Source of the DNA: Octopus sinensis
Taxonomy: Eukaryota
NCBI RefSeq assembly: GCF_006345805.1
Contig: NC_043003.1
Span: forward strand, 100,440,001-100,504,000
Length of the DNA: 64,000 nt
Direction of reading: 5' to 3'
The translations under genes were made by a program, and so were the position numbers. The notes beneath the pieces are model-generated. The model was not told where the DNA came from, searched no databases, and saw only the letters and a list, made by a program, of their open reading frames with translations. This document shows, piece after piece, positions 24,440-37,499 of this stretch (position 1 is its first letter; every line of letters begins with the position of its first letter).

Positions 24440-24880
24440 CTCAATAACAAAGTTACATCCAAAGTAAAATAAATCAAATTAAACATGTTACAGCAAACAA
24501 GCAGACATCACCAGCCTGGAAGACAATAAACAAAATAAACATGCAAAAAGTCCAGTAATCAAAAATTAAAGCTAAAAGATCCACAAGAACACTTTGAAAA
24601 GTGGAGGGATCGTTTTTGAAAGTTGCTTTAGAACATATCCCAGTTTTCAATAGTGATGCATCATTAATTATTGACCACACCCTTGATATCATAACTGGTG
24701 ATTTCACCATTGATGAATTGAAAGAAGTCCTTCAAAACACCAAAAACCAAAAGGCTGCTTGACTGAACTAATAAATGTCTCATCCATTTCTCCTGAAGTC
24801 TGGAAAACAGGAGAATTCAATGACATTCTGACAGACTTCTGCAATACAGTCTACAATGGAGGTAACAATGACAAATGTAA
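24440..24880 (+). mobile_element. Probable continuation of the RTE-X-like LINE (linker to RT start)
   Basis: Remnants such as AWKTINK, ITGDFTIDELKEVL...KAA and PEVWKTGEFNDIL..FCN.VY. Confidence 0.55.
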
Positions 24881-25624
24881 ATCTAGTACTTAGTAACCTA
24901 AATGTATAGAGTGAGATGGGACACGATTGGGAATAGGCAACAGAGAGGTCAGAAATGGGTATCTGAGAGGGAGAATGTAGTGTTAATGTAAGTTTAAGGA
25001 GTACTCTATAATCTAGGATGTGTTCATTTTCTCATGTGATCAAAGAGAGGAATTGTGGGGAGAGAGAGAAAGAGAGCAATTATATCAGAAGGACTAGAAT
25101 TGGTAGGAGGGTGGAAGCAACCAGAGTACATGGGAAAAAGGCAGGATATGTGGGGTGATGCTGGGAGGATGGGTAGGTGAAAAAAGCCAGAATATGATGA
25201 AAAGAACATGACTGTCTGGCATGAAGTCAGAGGAGGAGTGATAAGAGGTGTATAAAAGTAGGGTTGTATGATGAGATAAAAGTAAGAGTTGGTGAGGAAT
25301 GGCAATAGAGGTGGTTCAGAGGAGAGAGAGAAAGAAAGTGGGTTTCACAGTGGGCTAAAAGGGTAATTTCATGGATTTTCACAGTGAAATTAATATTTTG
25401 AAAAATAAAAGCTATTGAAATAATTCGGAGTTATGTTTTTATAAGCAAAATTTATACAGGAATCCTCTAAATAAATGAATTTTTAAGTGGTTTTGACTTA
25501 TAATGAATTTTATGTCAGTTGTCAAGATAAGAATATAATATAAGATTTGAGATTATAATCCTTTTAAATAAATATCAGCAGTTACACTATAAAGCTTATT
25601 TGCACTGGATGCAGTGAGGTCTCC

Positions 25625-26019
25625 AATGATTATTCACATTTTATTCTTAACACATTTAGACAGGTTCAGATGCAAAATTTGCTGGTTGCTGTATGTCATA
25701 GGAGAATAACTTCTCTCTTTTAAAATAACAGTGTGTTGAACGCACGTGGCTGCCTGGTGCATGGCCGAAACAAAGCTGTTGGTTCTGTTTATACATACAG
25801 GGAACAAATTGTTGGCTGATTGGTGCTTATATCTGCCAACCAATAAAAAATTGTTATTTACCTGGTGCACAGCAACATCTGCAACAATTATTCACAAACT
25901 TATTCTTAACTGTTGTAAAATAGAAAAGTTATTCTTCTATGACATACACTACTGCAACAAGCATATTTTGCATCTGAACCTGTCCAGATGAGTTAAGAAT
26001 AAGCATGCAAATAATCATT
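25625..26019. mobile_element. MITE-like element with ~110-bp imperfect terminal inverted repeats
   Basis: AATGATTATT...GACAGGTTCAGATGCAAAAT...TATGTCATAG mirrored by CTATGACATA...ATTTTGCATCTGAACCTGTC...AATAATCATT. Confidence 0.8.
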
Positions 26020-26112
26020 AGTCATACTATATTTCTATGTTAAACTTCGTATAATTCTGAGCTTACACAGTTGCACCTTTACTAACAATTGAATGAGATT
26101 AAGATTGTTATA

Positions 26113-28012
26113 CGAGTGGGGTTCATTAAAGATTTCCCCTGACCCACTTCCCAAGGACTGAATTAACTGAAACTTGGCATAATTATTAGTCCTTTTCTAC
26201 ACAGCCACCACCAGTGGTGAGACACTTCTCCCCTCGCTTTATGCAACTGTGAAGACCTTGTAGTGACTTCATTTAGGCATAGATTCGAACCTGAATCGGC
26301 AAATTTCCCATAATATTTCAACAGTACTGAAAAGTTAGAATTAAGATAACAGGTCGACCCCCCAATGAAATCTATTGTTCTCAACAATATGTCTCACCTT
26401 CTAATTAGTTTGGATAATTATAAATACAAGAACTCTATAACTCTATAAGCCAAAGTCAGTTGGTGAGAATTGAGTTTGGCTGACCAGCTAAACAAAATGC
26501 CATCTCTGAAGGAACAACTATGGTAACTCACCAACGAAGCAGTTGTTTCATCCCACCTCTCTCCATTTTATTAGCTCACTTTCTGTTCTCTACCACATTA
26601 CCCTATCTCTATCAGTAGTTTACTACTACACAATGATAACACAAACATGCCTATACAAAGAAAATCTACAGTATCTCTCTTTACCTTGCATGTGTTACAA
26701 ATTTATCATACCAGCCCATCATGTTTGGCTATAACAAAGTAACGGTAAATAAATGTTTGTTTACAACTTTGATTACTATTCTTCTTTCATCTTGCACATC
26801 TGCAACAGCAACACCCGTTACAATTGCTAACTGCCAACAATCAACATGTATCACTGCACATACTGTTACAACTGGCAACCCTCGACAACAACAAATAACA
26901 ATACTGTTACAACATTGTCTTGCATCTGGAGCCAAAACTTTACCTTGGAAATAAGTTCATCATCATCTGAAAAGTGCATTCCCTTAAAAAACGAATTCAC
27001 GGTTGGAAAGAGGTGGAAATCAGATGGTGTGAGGTTGGGAGAGTAAGGGGCATGAGAAAGGATTTCATAGCCGCAAGAGTGTGCTTTCATCAGGGTAACA
27101 TGCGCATTGTGAACTGGGATGTTGTCTTGGAGGAGGCAGACTCCTTTGGTCAGCATGCTATGCCTCTTTGCTTTGATGGTGTCCCACAATTTCTGCAGCA
27201 GAGAAGCATGATATGCCCCATTAATTGTGTGCCCTTTGCCAAAAAGTCTATCACCACTACTCTGCGCTGATCCCAAAAGACTGTGAGCATCACCTTGCCC
27301 GCTAAGGGTTGGACATGAGCCTTCTTTGGAAATGGTGAGTTATCATGCTTCCATTACTTTGACTGAACTTTAGTCTCAGGATCATAGTAATGGACCCTTG
27401 TTTCATCCTGTATGATAAGTCTGCCAAAAAAGTCCTCTTCATTTTCTTGGAACATTTCCAAAAGTGCCTGAGAGCAATTTCTGCTTCTGAAAAGGTGCGA
27501 GCATCAAGAGAATCCATATTTCAAACAACTACTACATGTGTAAATGGTTGTGAATGATTTTTTCACATGGATCCTACACTTATCTTCACTTCTTGGGCTA
27601 GTTGCTGAATAGTTATGCGTTGATCCTCCAAAATGGCAGCTTCCACTTTATGGATAGTGTTGTCAACAGTAGTGGAATGTGGTTGTCCAGGAATAGGACC
27701 AATTTCCACCAATATCTGACCACATTTGAACTGGCGATGCCAGTGCATGACTACATTGTATGGTGGTGCATTGTCACCATAAATTTCTTTCATCTCATCA
27801 AAAGTATAAGAACCTGATCACTGATCCGCATTCAATTGCCTCCATTATAACATCTTAGTCCACTTCAGCAGCCGTAAAAGACAAACGAATACTAGTGGAA
27901 AACTGCAATTTACAATGTGACATGTAGGGACATGTATGTTTATACCTGTACAAGTTCCATTTCCTGCAATAACCGGAAGTGGGTCAGGGGAATCTTTAAT
28001 GAATACCCCTCG
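26113..28012 (-). mobile_element. Mariner transposon, defective, with a ~650-bp unidentified insert in the transposase C-terminus
   Basis: TA-flanked TIRs CGAG(T/G)GG..TTCATTAAAGATT(T)CCCCTGACCCACTTCC; LLQDNIPVH and APYSPNLTPSDFHLF motifs. The C-terminal GLHSCIKR..KC...VEKD* resumes at ~26260-26190. Confidence 0.9.
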
Positions 28013-28344
28013 TAATTGTGTTGATAAGATGTAAAAGTCTGTATGAATTCACTAGAGCCTGCTTATAAGTAATTTATTTAGAAAGCCAGCAAATGAATTT
28101 GTTTGTACATTATTATTGATTAGAATTTAGAAATGACAAGAAACTAGTTTTACAAACATTTTGCAAGTTAAACTTGAATTATATCCAATGAATGAAGTTT
28201 GGTAGTGTAGTATTATACAGTTTGACTTAAGTTGTTGGTTTGGGATCAAGCAAATTTATTTATGCTCAACATGAAAATTTCAGACAGAGATCTTCCTAAA
28301 GTATTTTCAATTCTGAAGATACAACTTATAGTATTGTAGTTGAG

Positions 28345-29812
28345 TTAGTGGAGAAGGAATTAGACTGTGTTCCAGCAAAAATAACCACTGATCGTGGACA
28401 CCAGTTTGAGGCTTCCCTATTTCGTGAATTATCACGAATCCTAGGCATTCATCACATTTGTACGACCAGCTACCACCCAGCCTCCAATGGGATGGTCAAA
28501 CGTTTTCACAGGCAACTGAAGGCCACTCTACACACCACACCTGATCCACAGTCTTGGACAGAATTCTTCTTGGTTGTTGCACTGCTGTTAAAGCAGACTT
28601 AGGTTTCTCCTCTGCTGAACTCCTTTACAGTACCACCCTGGCACTCCCTGGGGCAATGTTAGTGCCAGACAACTCATCACCTTCTGATCCAATGTTGTAT
28701 GTCATCAGACTTTGCTCATATTTTTCAAGTCTTCCATCCATGCATCCGCATGACCAGTCTATTCACTCTTATGTCCCACCAGACATTGACAAATGGACTC
28801 ATGTTTTTCTTCAGGATGATTTTGTCAGAGGACCTCTCATTTCTCCTTATAAAGGGCCATCTCATGTGCTATCATGCACACCCAAAACTTTTAGTCTCGA
28901 CATCAATGGTCGGGCAGAGACCATGTCGGTTGACAGACTTAAAAGGGCACATTTTGAGGTTTCAACACTCTTCGATGACACCCCAAACACGCCCCCCCCC
29001 TTTGATCCTTTATAACCACCTACACATCCACCTGCACCTTTGACCACACCATCACCTCCACCTCCACCTTCATTGCCACTACCTAACATGAACAAATCCT
29101 ATGTCACCAGGACTGGCCGCACTCTGCATTGGCCAAAAAAACTCACTAAAACTAATTATATCTGACCATCTCTTTTGTGTTTCCTGTGATAGACAACCAC
29201 TTTCTTGTGTTACTGGACAGTTCCAATACTCTGCCATTGAAAATTTTGTCAAATTTTGTGCATGCCAATTTATATTTATTTTTCTATTTGACTTGTCACA
29301 TTTTTGTACCATATCTTGTTGGTTGCGATCAGTTACCATCTTCGCTCTTTCTTGTGCCTGCTCCAATTATTCTGTTTTCACACTGCTGTACTCAGGGGGA
29401 AGCCCTTGTAGCGGCACAAGCAGTCAGTGCCATATTGGATGAGACCTCGCGGCAGCCATTGCCATCTCTGAGACTGGAGCGAGACCTCACCTGCATCCAT
29501 TTGCCATGCACAAGGCTCGTGATGGCAAACTGGATATAAGGGCCCAACAAAACAGATTCTATCTCTTCTTCACTGCAAGTGCTTGCTGAACACTCATCGC
29601 TGACTGGGTCTCCAGGCTAGTCCTGTCTGCATGTCATATCTCCAGAGGCAATGGACCTGCATTAATGGAGATACAACGAGATGCACACAGCTTGAGATGG
29701 AATACTGAGAGCAACACCCTTCATCTATTCTGTGTAACTTGTAAATAAACTGGTTGTTAATTGCATTTTTACTTAAGACTGCTTTCCTCACCTGCTGGAG
29801 CCTGACACAACA
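28345..29812 (+). mobile_element. Ty3/Gypsy 3' fragment: integrase, GPF/Y-type tail, PPT and LTR (29407-29812)
   Basis: [14 protein letters not shown]...[20 protein letters not shown]; PYKGP; PPT CAGGGGGAAG; TGTAG...CAACA LTR. Confidence 0.85.
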
Positions 29813-29921
29813 CAAAGAACAATTTTAATGGGAGAAGGCGATATTCATCCAATATCGCGAACCTTGCCTCCCATTTTATATATATATATCAAAATTTGAT
29901 ACTGATTAGAAGATCGAAAAT

Positions 29922-29965
29922 CCACCTGAAGATTGTCGGTAGCAGACATGAAACATTTGTAGTGG
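29922..29965 (+). ncRNA. Minimal type-I hammerhead ribozyme motif in a Penelope-like LTR remnant
   Basis: CCAC-CTGAAGA-T-TGTC(GGTAGCA)GACA-T-GAAA-C-ATTT-GTA-GTGG: stem I CCAC/GTGG, intact cores, GUA triplet, near-palindromic ACATTTGT stem III. The 10.1-11.1 pair is U.U. Confidence 0.65.
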
Positions 29966-30049
29966 CGGTTTATTTAATTTATATTAAAATTTTATGTATT
30001 GATTAAGTCTTTCCTTGTTTGGTTTTAAAATAGTGGTTTTGTCTCGAAT

Positions 30050-30098
<49 letters not shown>

Positions 30099-30107
30099 AT
30101 ATATATA

Positions 30108-30530
30108 GGCATAGGAGTGGCTGTGTGGTAAGTAGCTTGCTTATGAACCACATGGTTCCAGGTTCAGTCCCACTGCATGGCACCTTGGGCAAGTGTCTTT
30201 TACTATAGCCTCGGGCCAACAAAAGCTTTGTGAGGGGATTTGGTAGACAGTAACTGAAAGAAGCCCGTCGTGTATATGTATATATATATATGTATGTGTG
30301 TGTATGTTTGTGTGTCTGTATTTGTCCTCCCACTCCAACAGCGCTTGACAACCGATGCTGGTGTGTTTACGTCCCCATAACTTAGCGGTTTGGCAAAAGT
30401 GATTGATAGAATAAGTACTAGGCTTACAAAGAATAAGCCCTGGGATCGATTTGCTCGACTAAAGGCGGTGCTCCAGCATGGCCACAGTCACATGACTGAA
30501 ACAAGTAAAAGAGTAAAAGAGTAAAAGAGT
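30108..30530 (+). mobile_element. Complete tRNA-derived SINE with (GTAAAAGA)n tail
   Basis: A-box TGGCTGTGTGG, B-box GGTTCAGTCCC, (TA)/(TG) spacer and conserved body shared with 7233-7966. Confidence 0.85.
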
Positions 30531-30535
30531 ACAGA

Positions 30536-30573
<38 letters not shown>

Positions 30574-30575
<2 letters not shown>

Positions 30576-31726
30576 GATGTGCAGTGAATAAACTGTCATC
30601 TAAATTATACAAAAACGAAAATAACACTGACATCTCATTTTAACAGATATATTTACCAAAATTACATACAAATATCTTGAAATACTAAGAGTAAATTTAT
30701 TCAATAAAATTACCATAAGCTTCAACCATGGCCTCCGGATGACTTCAGAATCTCCTGCAACTCTTCTGAATGGTCTCCTTCTTTAAGTTGGTGAATGCTG
30801 CTATATTCCTTGCCTTCAGTTCATCTTTGGTGTTACAAGGAGTTTTGTTGGTCTCTCACTTAACTGCAAGAGGGTGTGATGGGTAAATTGTCGCCATTTT
30901 ATTTTTTTAATTTCGTGCATGCACATTATTTTTGAATTAGTTGACTACACAGTATTGTAGGGTCAGCTGGGCACCATCTGTGAGAAAAACAGCACCATGG
31001 CGCAATTCACTCTGCCAGAAATTTGGAAACAACATGCTGTACTGCTTGGCATTCATACTGGAAGCTCCAATACAAACATTTCAGAGTGTTTGGGGGTCCA
31101 TCTGAGGACAATACAATCTGAGTACATGTACTGAGAGTGATAAAAATCAAACATTCAGTCGACATGAAGTGATCACTAGTGATGGTGACATTCATCTTTC
31201 CATGTGACCTCAGATTCAACTCAAAGGCCTACATCAAGTGCCTGGAGGAGCTAGTGTTGCCCTGGTTCAAGACAGTGGCTGCTAGAAGACCCTATGTCTG
31301 GCAACAAGACTCTGCACCATGCCACACAACCAGGAGAACCCAGTCATGGCTGTCAGATAATTTCTGAAACCACATCATCCCTAACATCTTGCCACCTAAC
31401 TCTCTAGACTGCAACCCCTTGATTATTATGTGTGGGGTGCAATTGAGTGAGAAACTGACAAAACTCCTTGTAACATCAAAGATGAACTGAAGGCAAGGAA
31501 TACGGCAGCATTCACTAACTTAAACAAGGAGGCTGTCCAGAAAAGTTGCAGATTCTGAAGTTGTCTGGAGGCCATGGTTGAAGTCAATGGCAATTTTATT
31601 GAATATATTTATTCTTTAGTATTTCAAGATATTTTTGTGTCATTTTGATAAATATACCTGTTAAAATGAAATATCAGTGTTATTTTCATTTTTGTGTAAT
31701 TTAGACGACAATCTATTCGCACCCTG
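30574..31726 (+). mobile_element. Internally deleted maT (DD37D) Tc1/mariner element with ~290-bp inverted repeats
   Basis: ATG at 30997 opens an HTH-like N-terminus; QQD-x37-D catalytic spacing counted directly; 30578-30868 is an inverted copy of 31438-31726; TA follows the right end. Confidence 0.85.
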
Positions 31727-31979
31727 TATATATAATAATGGTGGTGGAAATCAACTCATGACCAATCCAAGAAGTTCCTATGTGTGACTTTTTTTTAAGA
31801 GAGTAAAGTGTTGCACAGTACTGAATCCAATTTTCAACACAATCAACTCTAAAATCAAGGGCACAACAGGAGTTCCAGGGTTTTTGAGGAGTGTGGAATC
31901 ACCTGTTTGTAACTATTGTTCCCAGGTCTACTCTGATTCAGAGTAGTAGCACCTGTTAGAGTCCCAGCTATGGTTTAAT

Positions 31980-32746
31980 TAGCAAGTAGACTACTGGAAG
32001 TGAAGGACCCCTAGTTCCCACGAGAACTTCCTTCTAGAAAAAGGTAAACTTGTACAGAAACCTGAACTGCAATGGAAGGGTCCCCTTTTCTATTTTACTT
32101 TCAACCTCATACTGGGAAATGCAAGTGGTCCTGAGGAGCAGGTTTTTCTTCTTAGACATCACTCCAACTAAACATGTTCCTGCTCTCTAAGAATGCAAAA
32201 ATCCCAAACAACCTTAAAATATAGGATCATGAAAAAGACCCATCCTATAAGCAGTGTAGAGCAACTTTTGCACCTGACCCATGTTTTGACCGGATGCCCT
32301 AGTGCACTGGGAGAAGGCCAATACAGGTGGAGACATGATAAGGTTCTTGCAGAAATTGCCAAGTGGATTGATCTGCAAAGGGTGAAGGCTAATAAACACC
32401 AGCTACCTCCACCGAAGAGTACCAAATTCCTAAAGGGAGGTGAAAAAGCTCCCAAGGCAAAAGCAATGGAAGGAGACCTATTTTCAATTTTGTGTTTAGC
32501 CTGAGAATGGGAGATACAAGTGGACCTGAGAGGCAGACTTGTCTTCCCTGAGGAAATGGTTGTAATCTCACTCCAATTAGACATGTTCCTGCTCTCCAGG
32601 AATACAAAGACAAGTATCATGACTGAACTCACAGTACCCTGAGAGGACAGACTTGGGTAAAAAAATTGAAATATCTGGTTTTAGTCAATGAGGTCCTTGT
32701 TAAACACTGACATGTGACCTCATTCCCCATTGAAGTTGGCTGCCAT
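31980..32746 (+). mobile_element. HERO-like RLE non-LTR retrotransposon 3' region, left part
   Basis: HVLTGCPSALGEGQYRWRHDKVL zinc-knuckle tail and RLE (ELTVP.E...FPIEVGC). Interrupted by the Gypsy element at EVGC. Confidence 0.75.
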
Positions 32747-35700
32747 TGTGGTGTATGCGGGAGATTTGAAATAGAGACACCTACCTTCTCTTCGTCAATG
32801 TAGACCTCTCCAGCAGTAACGCATCCTTCCATGTGGCCCAACCCGAAGGCTAGAAATAGCAACTGCTTTTCCCCTACCTTGACAAAGCACTCACACGTCC
32901 AGCTCTGTCCACTACCCCGATCAAAAGGGCCCAGTCCTCCCCTGCCTGCACGCACGTCACTCCTGTCCCTTCCTCTTCCAGTCAGCCCCAAGTTCCGGTC
33001 AGCTCCCCAACTGCTGATGTCATCCCAGACGCCACCCTGATCTTAAAGATCACATTCTCTCTACTCCACGTCGAAGTCCACCATCCAACTGGGAGGGCAC
33101 CTTGCATGTTGAGATCTTCTCAGGCTAGGCACCTCGTTCTCCTTCTCTCCACAATGTTCATTTGACAAAGCGACAATCCTGTGAAGGTCCAAGACATGTC
33201 GCAGCATTCCATCCATGGATACGTTGTTTCTGGAATTGACCGCCATCACCGTTCCTCTGCTCCATTGAGACGTACAGCGGGCCTTCGGTGGTTTACCCAG
33301 ACTTCCTCCCCAATTTTCACGCAAGCGGGTCCCTTCTCTTCCTCTTGGCCCTCCAGCACTTTACTCAGATGCCTCCATTCATATTTAAATACCGCTCTGT
33401 GCAGCACAGATTCTTCAGCTTGTCCAGATCGGGAAGACATGTTGTACCAAAAAATTGCTTCCAGTGGCAAAATGTGCCCTCTTTCTGCTATGGCCTTGAC
33501 TGTCCAATGGTGCCTATATGCTGCTCTGAACAAGCGATGCACTTTCCACCGGTCGAGCATATCCCTCAATGCTTCCGAATGAAATGCCGCCCCGTTGTCT
33601 ATTAGCAATTCTTCCACAGGACCCCTCTCTAAAAATATCCTGTTCAAAATCTGCGGCATCTCGTCAGCAATGCCCATTCTCAACTCACTCCAAATTCCCA
33701 GCCTGCATTCGACCATGGAAAGATACATTCCCTGACGGTAGTGCGTCATATCCACAGCTAGCCTCTTCCACTTGTGCTCCACCGAATGGTTTCCTTGCTC
33801 ATGCCCACATGGAGCAGGGTCAATGGACTGACACCTGTCGCAGCTCCCAACCACTTCCCGGATGCTTCTCCTAGTAACGTCATTATCAATTTTCTTCACA
33901 AGATACAGGGTCCTGTCCACACCTAAGTGATACATAGCGTGCCGTCTCTTCAGTTCCGAGTCATCCAACCGACACACCGCAGCTATCCCTTTCTGTGCCT
34001 CCTCTGGTTCCTCCAACCACGCCTTTTTCACCCTGGTCAGTGCGTCTGCCCTGTTTCTCTTCAAAGGCACGAAACCCACATTCAGCTTCAGTCCGAACTC
34101 GGCAATCAATTCTCCTAGAACTCCTAGACGGCACTTCACCAACATGTCCATGGCACCTTTCATCCGAACTCTCCTCTTACTGGTGATCTCCGATCCTACC
34201 CAGCCAAGCACAGTGGCCAAATCTGTCTGGATTTCGATTGAGTGCAGCCCCCATTTCAGGACCAAGTTCACCCCTTTCAGCACCGTGTCTAATTCGGCAA
34301 CATTGATGTGGTTAAAGTCATCAGCTTTCTGAAGCCAGATCGCGTCCTCCACCTCAGCGCCTTCGATCTCCAACACAACCCCTATCGCATGCTGTGCGCA
34401 GCCATCCAGCGATCAGGTAGTGACCGACCAACTTCCCACACACCGAGAACAGCTCTGTCCTGCTGATGCTGGAACTCAGCTCTGGGATTTCATTCCCTCT
34501 CCGTAACACCAACTCACCCAATCTATCTCTTTGCAGCTTCAGCCCCAGTGCAGCTCCCCCTTCCATCGACTCTGGTGGCTTAGCAATCAGTCCAAACTTC
34601 TCCAGATGTCTCACTACCTCGTTGGCTGGCACTACAGTTTCGTCCACCAAAATGTCGTCTATGTAGGAACTGGTGGCCTTTCTAATCTTGTCCTCGTTCC
34701 CTCTTAAGCACTGCCGCCATGATCTTCGGAGCAGAATTCAGTCTGAAACCCAGCCTGGTTAAACAGTACATCGGGCCCTTGTACCGCACCAGCTGATATC
34801 GCTACTGTTTGTCGCTCACACAGAGCTGCATGTATGCTGATTTCAAGTCGACAATCGACTCTGCCTGGGTTGACTGTCTCCATGCACGTAACATCTCGCC
34901 ACAAAAGTCGCCTCGCCTCGCCTCCCGTGTGGCACAATATATACTCGTTTAGCTCTCTGAAATCCAGCACTGCCTAACTTTTCCCTTCGTTGGCTGCACC
35001 ACCGCCATCAGAGGTAGCACTCCGCCCATTACCTCCTCCTCACACGAAACAAGGACCCCTTCCTCGATCCACCTCTCCACCTCGTCTTCAAACTCGACCC
35101 TGGCGTGACCTTTCAGGGTATGCTGGTAGCAGCTCACTCTGTTTTTCAGCACTGGGGGCTCGTCCTTCCATCGCCACTCTACCATCCACCACTGACCATT
35201 GAACGCCGCCTGAAAATCTTTGTCCTTAATGGTGTAAGCCTCACAGGGCTCTGCTCTCTCTGGCTATCCTGACTCACAGCACATGACGCCCCCACACTTC
35301 CGAACGTGACCTCATCTCCTACAATACTAACGCCATCGAGGCGGTTGATGGCATCCATCCCCATCTATCACGCGTTCAACCACAATTAACTGCAGCCTTA
35401 GCGTTGCGCCTCGCACCACTATCTCTACCTTGCTGATGCCTTTGCAACGGATTTCGCTGCCGTTGACTGCCCGGTCGCTACTTGCCCCATTCCATTTCTT
35501 CATCACCCTTGAAGTCACGAAGGTGGTCGTGCAACCCATATCCACGAGGGCCTTGAACGTCTTCCCCTCAGCCTCGACATCAATTAAGGGCAGCGTCTCC
35601 AAAAGCAACTCTACTCGTTTGCGGGGAGCGTTTGAGAGGCAGCAACTTCCCCATGGTTGTTTCCCTGGTCGCAATCATGGGCAATGTGCCCTGTCTTCCT

Positions 35701-36677
35701 GCCTTGAAAGCAGATGGGCCTTGGTTGCGTACACTCCCTTGCCATGTGCGACCCCTGACATCTAAAACACCGGCCTGAGATCGGCCGCTGTTGTTGCACG
35801 GTAGGCTTCTTCGTGTCTTTCTCCGGCCTCTGTTACCACCATCACTATCACCATTGCTATCGCCTTCCATCCAGTGTTTCGCGTCAACACACGGGTTTGA
35901 GTCACAAGTTCGCTCAGCGCCATCTTTTTACTTCCGGCCAATTGTTGTAGGTGAATCCCTACATCGTCAGGGAACCCACTTACAAACGCCAGTTGCACTG
36001 CTTTCTCCAGGCCTTCTCCTGTAAACCCAGCTAGCGTGGCTAGCCTTTGAACATCTGTCACGTATTCATCCACCTGTTCTCCCATCCTTCTAATCGTACC
36101 CAACTTAGCAAAGGCTGTGTACTCAGACTCAGTGTAAGCGTCTCTCAGACGTTGCTCAATCTTCTCGCTCAGACGTTCTTCCTCATCCAAGATATGGAGT
36201 CAACATGCTCCCTTCTAAATACAGTGCCAAAAAGGCTCGCTATGTCGCTTATGCCTTGCAGTCTCGCCACCAGCCTGATTTTACGAATCCTGGCCACTAC
36301 ATCGCCCTCACCATTAAAGGGTCTGATAATGTCGCTGGCGATCCTGATTTTCACTGCCATCATAGTGATGTCTTATATGGAGCGCCGAAATAGCTTGTGG
36401 TGTGTGCGGGAGATTTGAAATAGAGACACCTACCTTCTCTTCGTCGACATCGACATCTCCAGCGGAATGCGCCCTTCCACGTGGCCCGACCCGAACGCTA
36501 GAAATAACAGCTGCTTTTCCCCTACTTTGACAAAGCGCTCACACATCCAACTCTGTCTGCTACCCCAATTGAAAAGGCCCAATCCTCCCCTGCTTGCGTG
36601 TGCGTTATTCCTGCCCCTTCCTCTTCCGGTCAGCCCCAAGTTCCGGTCAGCTCCCTAGCTGCTGACATCATCCCACA
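32747..36677 (-). mobile_element. Compact (3.9-kb) two-LTR Ty3/Gypsy retrotransposon, decayed
   Basis: LTRs 32747-33029 and 36396-36677 with TGTGG...CCACA ends; TSD GCCAT/GCTAT. Internal order: gag with CCHC knuckles, protease (ALVDMGC), RT (YIDDILV), RNase H (HINVAELD..TD), integrase (LLIDNGAAF). Confidence 0.92.
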
Positions 36678-36900
36678 GCTATAGCCTTCCATCTGGGTCA
36701 GTGTACTGTTTCCTGAAGAAGATAGGTCTGGAACCTAGACAACTGAAGAAAGCCATCAAGGAAAAAGGCATGGCATCTGAAACTAGCTTAAGATGGTTAT
36801 AGTTGATAAGAGACTGCAAGTGGAACCTTTCCGTTATTGAAGACTTACTCAATCCTCACTGTTTCACTCAAGTGAAGTGAGGGACAAAATGCTTGTGACC
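36678..36900 (+). mobile_element. HERO-like element, right part (RLE C-terminus and 3' UTR)
   Basis: Removing the Gypsy element and one TSD restores EVGCHSLPSGSVYCFLKKIGLEPRQLKKAIKE...RWL. Confidence 0.7.
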
Positions 36901-37050
36901 CTGACATACCTGCTGACAATATGGAAACATTTCCAGTATTGCAATGGACTTAGAAGATCTTACAAAACCTCTGCCATGGGGCAAGGCATTTCTGACACTT
37001 ATTTCTCTCTCTCTTTCTCACACACATACACACACACACATACACACACA

Positions 37051-37111
<61 letters not shown>

Positions 37112-37499
37112 CGCATACACACACATACACACACACAGAGGCAAATCAAAAATTAAAAATAACAAAACAGCAATAGTCTAAAGGACATACATAGTAAATG
37201 TTTTAAGTTGATGCTCAGTACAAGATGGTAAAAAGAGTGGGTGTATAACGTTTTGAGCATAGTTCTTCAAGAGAAAAATGAGAAAGGAAAGGTCGGGAGA
37301 GAAGGAAAAAGTTCAAGTAAAGCATAAGTAAAGCCTATTGAAATTTAATTACAATTCAAGATGACAATTTTGATTTAGTCATTGTTTTTGAAAGCATCAC
37401 TCTCTCTCTCTTCCTCCCTCCTTTTCTTATATACATATTAACATGTTTGTAAATATATACATACACTCATATATACACACGCACAGTGCACCCCGTATG

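Noticed and set aside
36877-37176. His/Thr-, Cys/Val-, Ile- and Leu-rich ORFs here and at 7395, 30049, 41247, 56588, 61648 and 63100
   Set aside because: Translations of (CA)n, (TA)n and (TAA)n microsatellites.
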